Below, piece after piece: positions 8,851-17,033 of a DNA stretch of 64,000 bases. A program made the translations under genes and the position numbers. This DNA is from Terriglobia bacterium. GTDB lineage: Bacteria > Acidobacteriota > Terriglobia > JAJPHL01. A model generated the notes under the pieces. It did no database searches, was not told the DNA's origin, and saw only the letters and a list, made by a program, of their open reading frames with translations. The stretch spans positions 3,959 through 67,958 of the forward strand of contig CAVVEL010000022.1 in assembly GCA_963747095.1 (NCBI GenBank). The letters run 5' to 3'. Numbering within the stretch: position 1 is the first letter of the stretch; each line of letters begins with the position of its first letter.

Positions 8851-9303
8851 TAGCGCCTTGCTGGATCCACTGGGCGATCAAGTGGTTCTCCGCGGGGCTG
8901 AGACCCTTGCCATACGGGGGCATAGGGTCGCCCGCTCGCGGCTTGGCCGACAACTTATTCATCAGGAAACTGTCGTTGGGGTCGTCGGCCTTTACCAGGA
9001 ATTGTTTGCCCGAAAGCGTTCCCTTCTGATTCACCAGGGTCGTGTAGGCGCGATCCTGGCTGAGGTCCATGCCTGGCCAGTGGTCCTTCTGAAAGTGGCA
9101 GGCCATGCAATGGTCTTGCAGGACCGGTAGCACGTCGCGCCGGAAACTGACCACGCGCGTGCCATGCGCCCCGCCCGGCGAAGCGGCAGCCGGCTTGGCG
9201 GCGGGTTTTGACGTGGGCGCGGACTTTGCCGCGGCAGCTTGCCCGGCGAGCCATCCAGCGCCGCAAAGAAGCATTACGCAGACAGTTGTGATTCCTCTCT
9301 TCA
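8840..9303 (-). CDS. small exported mono-heme c-type cytochrome (PSCyt1-like, CxxCH)
   Basis: Probable start MKRGITTVCVMLLCGAGWLAG is a signal peptide. VLPVLQDHCMACHF (CxxCH) and DPNDSFLMNKLSA...MPPYGKGLSPAENHLIAQWIQQGA resemble the Planctomycete-type cytochrome C domain. Last gene of a minus-strand operon. Confidence 0.55.
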
Positions 9304-10893
9304 TTAGACCTTGTGCTCCGGGTGCTGACACCCCTTGAATTCCGACTCGTACGTGTTGCCCTTGTAGCCCAACTCTTCGATGAGACCTTGCGGCGAAGCG
9401 TAGTATCCCCGCACCACCAGCCCCCGAATGCCGCTGAAGAACTGCATCGCGGGCCGGTCGCGCTCGGCGATGCCTTTGCCCGTGAGGGCGGTCAGGAATT
9501 CGATCCTCTGGGCCGATGACAGCGCGGAAAATGCTTTGCCGTAGTGTTCCGTCACCATTTCCCGGAAGCGCGCCATCTGGCGGCGCGTGGCGTCATAGCG
9601 GTCCGGATCCATCCAGAGCATGAAGTCGGCGTATTCATCGGCGCGAGCCGCCAATGCTCCCGGCGTGTTGGTGACCGGGACAATGGTATCGGCCAGCGCC
9701 GACACGTCGCGATATTCTTCCGGGGTAAAGAAGAGCGGCGCGAAGTTGGGATCTTGAGGCGGCAGCGGCGTCACCGGACGGCCGCGATGCTCGCGCATGT
9801 CATGGGTCACGGCCTGCATGGGATTGCTGTTGTCGGTTGGCGCAAACGACGCCGGACGCAGCAAGGCGGCGGGCTGCGTCATGGCCGCGCCTATGACGAC
9901 GAGGTCTTGCAGCAATCCACGGCGGGGATGGTGATGCTCGGCGGGTTCCTCGCGAACTTCCGCTACTTCCGGGCCGGCGGCCTTGATGGCCGCTGCCATG
10001 TGCGGCTCCAGAAACTTGCGGCTTTGCCCGGCGTCCGCTTCGGGAGACTTACGCACATTGTCCTGCTGAACGCTGACCCAACCGTTGTAACTGTATTGCG
10101 CGAGTGCGGTGAGCACGGCCCCGGAGTTGATCTTGCCGGCGCCGGCGGGGGCATCCTGCCAGTCTTTACCGTTGGCCACGCCATCGCGCAAGTGGATGTG
10201 CACGACGCGCTGACCGTAGGCCTTGATCATCGGCACGGGATCGATGCCCAGGCGCGTCAGGTATTGGGTGTCGAAGCAGAGCTTGGTATAACGGCTGTCG
10301 GAAGTGGCGATGATCTTGCGTACGTCGGCGGCTTCCATTTCGCGGAACCGGTAGGCGCAATGCAGGCCGGTCTCTTCATAAACCAGCGCGCCGATTTCCG
10401 ACATGTTGCTGGAATAGACATGGTACGTTGGCGCGTCCTTCGGGGCATCGCCCCAAATGCCTTCCAGCACGAAGATTCCGCAGCCGAGAGATTGCAGCGC
10501 GCGCGCCAGCAGCACGGCGCGGCTGATGTTCTTGATGCGGTCGTCGCGCTTGGCGAAATTGCCGGTCATCGAGGCCGTCACCAGACCAAGACTGTGGGTG
10601 TCCAAGAGCTTCTTGAAGTCATCGGTCTTTTCCCGATAGTCCCACAAGTCGTCCCCGTGGACTTCCACCCAGGTGTAGCCGGCGGCAGCGACGCCGGCCA
10701 GGGCCGCAGGCAGGGCCACGCCCTGCTTGCGCCACGCCGCGGTGGAGCAGGCCAGTTTGAGTCCCCGGCCGGCTTCGCTGGCCGGGTGGAACCCGGTGGC
10801 ATGTTGCGGTTGCGGAGTTTCGGCGATGGCCGAGCCGGCGGCGGCAGCCGTCAGGGCGCTGGACTTCAGGAATTGGCGGCGATTAAATCCCAT
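9304..10893 (-). CDS. Tat-exported fusion protein: xylose-isomerase-like TIM barrel (sugar phosphate isomerase/epimerase fold) + gluconate 2-dehydrogenase subunit 3 (GMC-dehydrogenase small-subunit) domain
   Basis: Twin-arginine signal MGFNRRQFLKSSALTAAAAGSAIA. The TIM-barrel region runs from LKLACSTAAWRKQG to GIDPVPMIKAYGQRVVHIHLRD. The C-terminal ~170 aa (FFTPEEYRDVSALADTIVP...FLTALTG...VVRGYYASPQGLIEELGYKGN) matches the Gluconate_2-dh3 family. Confidence 0.7.
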   Translation of the reverse strand: MGFNRRQFLKSSALTAAAAGSAIAETPQPQHATGFHPASEAGRGLKLACSTAAWRKQGVALPAALAGVAAAGYTWVEVHGDDLWDYREKTDDFKKLLDTHSLGLVTASMTGNFAKRDDRIKNISRAVLLARALQSLGCGIFVLEGIWGDAPKDAPTYHVYSSNMSEIGALVYEETGLHCAYRFREMEAADVRKIIATSDSRYTKLCFDTQYLTRLGIDPVPMIKAYGQRVVHIHLRDGVANGKDWQDAPAGAGKINSGAVLTALAQYSYNGWVSVQQDNVRKSPEADAGQSRKFLEPHMAAAIKAAGPEVAEVREEPAEHHHPRRGLLQDLVVIGAAMTQPAALLRPASFAPTDNSNPMQAVTHDMREHRGRPVTPLPPQDPNFAPLFFTPEEYRDVSALADTIVPVTNTPGALAARADEYADFMLWMDPDRYDATRRQMARFREMVTEHYGKAFSALSSAQRIEFLTALTGKGIAERDRPAMQFFSGIRGLVVRGYYASPQGLIEELGYKGNTYESEFKGCQHPEHKV

Positions 10894-10897
10894 ACAC

Positions 10898-10915
10898 TGA
10901 TATCTAATATCTTAC
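10898..10915. promoter_or_regulatory. AT-rich recurrent motif, site 2 (TGATATCTAATATCTTAC), 4 nt upstream of the ATG of gene 9304-10893
   Basis: Identical 18-mer to site 12. A TTGACA hexamer lies on the minus strand at 10932-10927. This implies a near-leaderless transcript. Confidence 0.45.
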
Positions 10916-11027
10916 TTGCAGGTTGTTGTCAAGTGGCGCAGGCCTTTCGTGGGGCAGGCATCCTTGCCTGCCGTTTTTTCCTGTTCCCAGAGAAAGGCGG
11001 CAGGCAAGGATGCCTGCCCCACTCAAA

Positions 11028-13629
11028 CTACTTTACCGCTTCGGCGCGACGCTCGACCAGAAGCTTTCGAGCCTCGCCATAGAGGCGGCGGACTTCCTGC
11101 TTCTCGGCCTCGTTGTTCCAGTGTATCGGCGAAGACGGCGGGACACCGAGCGTTTTTTGCGCCGCGGAAAACTGGGCCTGTTCGGCCGCGGTCAGGGGCT
11201 TGCCAAAGGCCCGCGCCAGGGAGCGATCCAGCCATTCAATAAGGAAATCTGCGTCCGCGCGAAAGCGCACGGGTTTGCCGTCCACAGTGATCCATACCGG
11301 CATGGTGGCGGCCCAGGGAACGGGCTTGCGGATCGACTTTCCCGTGGGTCTGCTGCGGACGCGCGCCGCCAGCCATCCACTGGCGTCGATCGTCACCGTT
11401 TGTTCAAGGCGAGCCTGCGGATCGCCGCGCGATTCGAGTTTGGCGATCACGTTGCCGTCGCGCAACAGCTCGATGCTTTCAATCGGGGTGTTCGATTCCA
11501 CGTCCACCGTCACATGCAATGCATGCGTTCCCGGCGGCAAGGCGATTTCCTCTCCTGGAATCTTGCCCTCAACGTCCAGGAAAACCAGCGGGCCGGCGGT
11601 GACAAAGCTGTGACCCTCGCGCATCGCTTTCATCCAGCCTTCGTAGTTGAGCCGCGATCCGCTGTGCACGTAGATGCGATTGGTCCCCAGCACGTTGCCG
11701 CGATAAAAATCGCCGAACGTGTCCACGCCGGCCGAGGCCACCAAGTGATAGCCCAGGTTCCAGGCGTGATAAAGCGTATCCATCGTCTCGGGCCAGTTGG
11801 CTTCGATGAAGTCAACTGTGCCGAGCGCCAGGTCTACCGGGAAGTTCGCGCCCGGTTCGTGGGCGTATCCGGTGAGTGCGCCTTCCTCATGACCAACCCG
11901 AAAGGGAACCGTGTTGGGCGGATACATGCTCGCTACCGCCGTGTTGGGATAGCCCACGTAGGTGGGAATGATCAAGTGCTCCTTAAGATTGAGGAACACG
12001 GCGTGTCCCCAGAACGGCGGATGATATTCCTGATTGTGAAAGAGAATCCGTTCTTCCGTCGAGGCCGCATCGGGATGGCCGCTAAAATGGGCTACATCGG
12101 GAATGCGCTGCTCTTTGTTGCAGATCAGATTGTTCAGAATGCTCAGGTCTTCAGCGGCGCTCTGCGCCATGATTGCGACCGGGGAGGTGTGATAGACGCC
12201 GGCGTAATTCATGTGGAAGTGATTGTCGCCGCTCCACCAGCCCTTGGCGGGCAAATCGTCCAGGCGGCGCAGCGGCACGCGAATCTCGGCGGGATGATCG
12301 GCCGGGACATCTGCTTCCGCGTCCGCGGGAAAGTACTCCAACCCATGGGAAACTGTCAGCCGCGTGCGTCCCGGCGGCACGCTAACCTCGAAGGAGCCGT
12401 CCGCGTAAAAGTAGTGATACTCGTCCTTCTCCAGGTGATCCTCAATGAAGGAATCGGCGCGCAACCAGCTTTTATCCGGCGCGTAGGCGCGGCCGTCGGC
12501 GGCCAGCAGATGAATCCGCGCCGGCAGAGGCTTGCCGCTGGCGGCGTCCACGACGGAAACATGCAAGCGGCTCATGGGCCGCTTGTAAACGACCTTCTGA
12601 ATCTCCACCGGCTCCAATTTTCCGCCGAACCAGTAAAACAGCCAGAGCCGCGTGTCGCCGCTCTGATTCGAGACGAAAGCGATGCGGGTTCCGTCCGGCG
12701 ACCATCGCGGCGCGGTGCGGTCGAAATCTCCGTAGGTCAGCGGGAAGGCGTCGCCACCCTTGGTTGGCATGATCCAGAGTTGCTGCCATTGCCCGCCGAG
12801 GTAGGAACTGTAAACTAGTTTGGTTCCATCGGGCGACACCGAGGGCCGCGCCTTCCAGGTAGTTTCTTCATAGTGAAAGCTCCGCATCGGCGCGCCGGGG
12901 CGGGCCTCCATGCGGTAAAAGCCGCCCGATCCGTTGGGATTGTCACGGTCGGAAACCATGATCAACTCGCGGCTGTCCGCAGTCCACACCGGATTGATGT
13001 GCAGCACGCGATCGCCGTAGTAGACACTGGGCGGCGACAAGCGGACCTCGGTGGTCAAGCGCACGGGCGGCCCAGGCTGGCCGTTCGTGAAGCGGATCAC
13101 GTAGATGTGAAACGCCCCGCTGCCCTGGCCGGGAGGTTGCGCGGAAACATAAGCGAGCCTTGTGCCATCAGGCGACCACGCGGGCTCGATGCTGACGGAA
13201 TCGCCGGAGGTGAGTGCGCGCGTTGAACCGGTCTGTACGTTGAGCAGTTGCAGATGAATCTGCTCGTGCTGTTCCGCTGTGTAAACGATCCATTTTCCGT
13301 CGGGCGACCAAGCCGGTTGGGAATCGTAAATGCCGCCGTCCGTCAATTCCTCGGCGACGCCGCTCCCCAGCGTCATACGGAAGATCGATCCCTTCATGGC
13401 GAAGGCTAACTGCTTTCCGTCCGGCGACCACGCCGGATAGTTGGGACCATTCGTCACGGGCGGCAGGTAACATTCCGCTACGTAAGCCATGTCGCCGACG
13501 TGGTCCTGATCGAGAACGCGGGAGAAAAGGCGGCGGCGCATCTGTCCCGGCGCGGGACAGGCGACCACCAGCACCAGCAGCAATGCCGGAAACTGGCGTA
13601 CGACCTTCAGGAAGATGCGCTGTCTCAAT
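11028..13629 (-). CDS. exported TolB-like beta-propeller + PHP-type (CehA/McbA family) metallohydrolase fusion
   Basis: Multiple PD40 repeats (WSPDGKQLAF, WSPDGKWIVY, WSPDGTRLAY, WSPDGTRIAF). C-terminal GWWSGDNHFHMNYAG...FWGH region is typical of PHP/CehA-McbA metallohydrolases. Likely TTG start at 13629 gives the signal peptide MRQRIFLKVVRQFPALLLVLVVACPAPGQ (track start 13688). Confidence 0.7.
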
Positions 13630-13633
13630 TTTG

Positions 13634-14665
13634 CTATGCCAATCGAATCACCTGGCCGGTGGCCAGCGACCGCTGCGCTTCCATGCACAGCATCACGGCG
13701 CGGCGCCCTTCCTGCGGAGTAATCGGCAGCGGCGCGCCCTCGCGGAGCGCGCGGGCCAGCGCGGCCAATTCCTGGCGCAGTTCGAACAACTCGCCGGGCG
13801 TTCCGGCCAATTCGATCTTTTGCATGGCGCCGTCAGCCGATACTTCCAGGGAATAGCTGGGATGCTCGGAACGATCCATTTCGGCGTGCCATTCCGCGCG
13901 CAACAGACCCTCGGAGCCGAAAACCTTCAGGCTGAAATGGTGCTCCACGGCCGCCAAGGTTTGCGAAATCACGGCGTAGGCCTGGTTGGGATAGGTTACC
14001 ACCGCCGTAAAATTATCGTTGGTATCGACCACTGCTCCGCCGGGTTCGCTGCGATTGCCGAACGCGTAGACCGTAGAGGGTTGTCCCGCGCCGCTCAGGA
14101 ACCAAGCGGTGGCGTCGAAGAAATGGACCGGCTCCTCGAGGATCCAATTCCCTACCCTAACCGGATCCATCCGCCATCCGCTGGAACCGGTGCGATAGGG
14201 CCGGCGCCAGAGATCGGCTAGCACATAGCGCACCGCACCCAGCCGTCCGCTGTCGATCACCTCGCGCATGGCCGTATACATAGGCGAAAAACGCATTTCG
14301 TGTCCGATGAGCAGCAACTTCTTCGAGGCGTTGGCGGCCTGAATGATGCGGTCGCAGGATTCCGCGCTGACCGACATCGGTTTTTCGAGAAGCACATTCC
14401 TGCCGGCGGCCAGCGCCGCCACGGCAACTTCCTCATGCAAGTAGTTGGGAACGACAATGTCGATGACGTCGAGATCCGCGCGCGCGATCATCTCGCGGAA
14501 ATCGGCGTAGACGGCCGCGCCCGTGTCGGCGGCCGCGGCTTGGCGGCTTTGTTCCGACGCCGAGGCCACCGCTCGCAACTCGCAACCGCTGGTCTCACGA
14601 ATGGCCTGGGCGTGACACTTGCCCCAGGCGCCATATCCAACGAGTCCAAACCCCAAAGGATTCAT
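13634..14665 (-). CDS. Gfo/Idh/MocA-family NAD(P)-dependent oxidoreductase (cytoplasmic)
   Basis: N-terminal Rossmann GFGLVGYGAWGKCHAQA, EKPM motif, family-typical length. Confidence 0.8.
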   Translation of the reverse strand: MNPLGFGLVGYGAWGKCHAQAIRETSGCELRAVASASEQSRQAAAADTGAAVYADFREMIARADLDVIDIVVPNYLHEEVAVAALAAGRNVLLEKPMSVSAESCDRIIQAANASKKLLLIGHEMRFSPMYTAMREVIDSGRLGAVRYVLADLWRRPYRTGSSGWRMDPVRVGNWILEEPVHFFDATAWFLSGAGQPSTVYAFGNRSEPGGAVVDTNDNFTAVVTYPNQAYAVISQTLAAVEHHFSLKVFGSEGLLRAEWHAEMDRSEHPSYSLEVSADGAMQKIELAGTPGELFELRQELAALARALREGAPLPITPQEGRRAVMLCMEAQRSLATGQVIRLA

Positions 14666-14710
14666 GATGCAGAACCTCCCTTCACCGGCCGGGAAAACGG
14701 CCTAGGTTCA

Positions 14711-14727
14711 TGATATCTAATATTTCA
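14711..14727. promoter_or_regulatory. AT-rich recurrent motif, site 3 (TGATATCTAATATTTCA), ~46 nt upstream of the Gfo/Idh/MocA gene and just downstream of the gntR stop
   Basis: Seen directly. Confidence 0.45.
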
Positions 14728-14733
14728 GCAGCG

Positions 14734-15462
14734 TCAAGGGAGAACATGCGGAAAGAAGCCCGGACCCGAGCGGGTGTTTAGCCGGCGGCCGCCCCAGCCG
14801 GGTCCTTCCGCGAGGCGGGCTTTTTCTTCGTCCATATCGCTGAGCAGCCGGGCGCGGATCATCTGAATATGCTCGGCCATCAGTTGGGCCGCTTTCTCGC
14901 GACGGCCGGCCTTCAGCTCGTCCAGAATCGCGCGGTGTTGCGGGAGCGCCTGATGACTGGAGAGTTGGAAGGTGCGGTGGCGCAAAATGATCATCTGATG
15001 CTGCATTCCTTGCAGGGCGTTGCGCAGGCGCGTATTGCTATTGGCCTGGGCCAGAATGATGTGGAACAGCGCATCTTCGCGGATGTAGTTGGCTTTATCG
15101 TTTTTCTTCAAAAACCTTTCCGCTCCGACGACGGCCGCTTCCAGGCGTTGGGCGGTTTTCTTATCGAGATCGATGTGACGGACCACGGCGGGTTCCAGCA
15201 ACTCGCGCAATTCGTAAATCTCCTCCACATCGCGGCGGGTCATTTCCACGAGGAAAGCGCCGCGGCGCGGCTGGATCTTGATCAGACCCTCGGATTCCAG
15301 GCGATTGAACGCTTCGCGGATGGGAGACTTGCTGATCCCGAAGCGGCGCGCAAAGAATTCCTCTGTCAGACGGTGGCTGCCGTCAACCTTGCCGTCTAAA
15401 ATAGAGTTGCGGATCAATTTACAAGCGCGTTCAGTCAGACTTTCAGAAACTCGCAGCTTCAC
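14734..15462 (-). CDS. GntR-family transcriptional regulator (FadR subfamily, FCD C-terminal domain)
   Basis: N-terminal wHTH LTERACKLIRNSILDGKVDGSHRLTEEFFARRFGISKSPIREAFNRLESEGLI. C-terminal all-helical domain. Confidence 0.8.
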   Translation of the reverse strand: MKLRVSESLTERACKLIRNSILDGKVDGSHRLTEEFFARRFGISKSPIREAFNRLESEGLIKIQPRRGAFLVEMTRRDVEEIYELRELLEPAVVRHIDLDKKTAQRLEAAVVGAERFLKKNDKANYIREDALFHIILAQANSNTRLRNALQGMQHQMIILRHRTFQLSSHQALPQHRAILDELKAGRREKAAQLMAEHIQMIRARLLSDMDEEKARLAEGPGWGGRRLNTRSGPGFFPHVLP

Positions 15463-15484
15463 TTTTCTTCCTCCTCGTCGAAGA

Positions 15485-15504
15485 TGATATCCAAGATCCT
15501 ATCA
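15485..15504. promoter_or_regulatory. inverted repeat TGATATCCAAGATCCTATCA, 23 nt upstream of the gntR start; candidate auto-operator
   Basis: TGATA/TATCA arms with a 10-nt spacer. Shares the TGATAT half-site with the 12-copy motif. Confidence 0.3.
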
Positions 15505-15590
15505 GAGGAAGCCGCTCAGGTAAACGGAAACAGACCGCAAATCGCGAGTGTTCCTTGGAAAGCAATCTGCCTTCCCGCCGAAAGGCCGGC

Positions 15591-17033
15591 CTATCCGCGC
15601 CAGCAAATCAACTTCATTTCAGTCATTTCTTCGATGGCGTAGCGCGGACCCTCCCGGCCGGTGCCGCTGTTTTTGACACCGCCATAGGGCATGTGATCGG
15701 CGCGGAAGGTGGGGACGTCGTTGATCATGACGCCGCCGACCTGTAGTTTGCGCGACGCCTGAAAGGCGCGCTGCAAGTCCCGGGTGCAGAGTCCGGCCTG
15801 CAAGCCGTACTCGCTGGAGTTGACGCGGCGGATGGCGTCGTCCAGATCGGAGTAGCGATGCACCGCCACGACCGGACCGAAGACCTCCTTGCAGCAAATC
15901 GGCGACTCATCCGGCACTCCTTCGAGAACGCAAGGCTCGATGGCGCTGCCGTGCCGCGCGCCCCCGCACAACACCCGTGCGCCGCGGCCCTTGGCGTCGC
16001 CGATCCAGCTTTCGACGCGTTCCGCTTCCTCTTTCGTAATCAGGGAGGAAATATCGGTGGATTCCTCGCGTGGATGTCCCAGAACCAACTTCTTGGTGGC
16101 ATCCAGAAAACGCTCCAGAAACGTGGAGGCGATTTTTTCGTGCAGGTAAATATTCTGAACCGAAATGCAAACCTGGCCGGAGTGAGAAAATGCCCCGACC
16201 ACGCAGCGCGGAACGATCAGATCCAGGTCGGTGTCCGGCTCGATGATGACCGACGAGTTGGCGCCCAGCTCCAGCGCCACTTTGCGCAATCCCATTTGGC
16301 TGCGAATCATGGTTCCCACCGGCACGCTGCCGGTGAAGGTAATCATCGCCGGGCGCGGATCGCGCACCAGTTGCGCGCCGACTTCCCTGCCCGGTCCAGT
16401 GACCACGTTGTACGCGCCGGCCGGCGCATTCGCTTCGCGGATTAACTGTCCCAGGCGCAGCGCGCTGAGGGGAGTGTTCTCCGCGGGCTTAAGGACCACG
16501 GCGTTCCCCGCGGCGAAGGCCGGAGCGACTTTGTGCAGCGCCAGATTCAGAGGAACGTTGAAGGGAGTGATCGCCCCGATGATGCCGATCGGCTCGCGCA
16601 CGGTCATGGCCCAGCGGCCTTTACCGATCGGCGCGGATTCCATGGGAATCACTTCGCCGTGCAGGCGGCGAGCCTCGTCGGCGGCGCTCAATAAGGTTTG
16701 TTGGGAGCGCTCCACTTCGCCGCGCGCTTCCTTGATCGGTTTGCCGGTCTCGTGACAAACCAGTTCCGTGAACTCCGCAGCATCCCGCGCCAGCAGCGCG
16801 CGCATCCGGTCGAGCAATTCTCCGCGTTCGTATTGGGTGAGCGCGGCCATTGCCGTGGCGCCGCGCTCGGCGGCGCTTAAAGCGTCTTGGACAATGCCGG
16901 CATCGGCTTCGTAAACAGTGCCGACCGGCTCACCGTCATAGGGAAGACGCACGGTGTGGCGGTGGGGTGTGGTCACCTCCCGGTTGGCAATCCACATCGG
17001 ATACTCGGGCGTTTCAAGCATAGTCGCTGACAT
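15591..17033 (-). CDS. NAD(P)+-dependent aldehyde dehydrogenase
   Basis: ITPFNVPLNLALHKVAPAFAAGNAVVLKPAENTP, ELGANSSVII and FSHSGQVCISVQ are the catalytic E and C regions. Start codon uncertain (17033, 17021 or 16997). Confidence 0.85.
   Translation of the reverse strand: MSATMLETPEYPMWIANREVTTPHRHTVRLPYDGEPVGTVYEADAGIVQDALSAAERGATAMAALTQYERGELLDRMRALLARDAAEFTELVCHETGKPIKEARGEVERSQQTLLSAADEARRLHGEVIPMESAPIGKGRWAMTVREPIGIIGAITPFNVPLNLALHKVAPAFAAGNAVVLKPAENTPLSALRLGQLIREANAPAGAYNVVTGPGREVGAQLVRDPRPAMITFTGSVPVGTMIRSQMGLRKVALELGANSSVIIEPDTDLDLIVPRCVVGAFSHSGQVCISVQNIYLHEKIASTFLERFLDATKKLVLGHPREESTDISSLITKEEAERVESWIGDAKGRGARVLCGGARHGSAIEPCVLEGVPDESPICCKEVFGPVVAVHRYSDLDDAIRRVNSSEYGLQAGLCTRDLQRAFQASRKLQVGGVMINDVPTFRADHMPYGGVKNSGTGREGPRYAIEEMTEMKLICWRG

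Noticed and set aside
9544-11082. 512-aa plus-strand ORF (and similar 10923-12818, 631 aa)
   Set aside because: Antisense to the well-supported TIM-fusion and TolB-PHP genes. The translation is Arg/Gly/Ala-rich low-complexity sequence typical of the wrong strand of high-GC DNA, with no recognisable domain.
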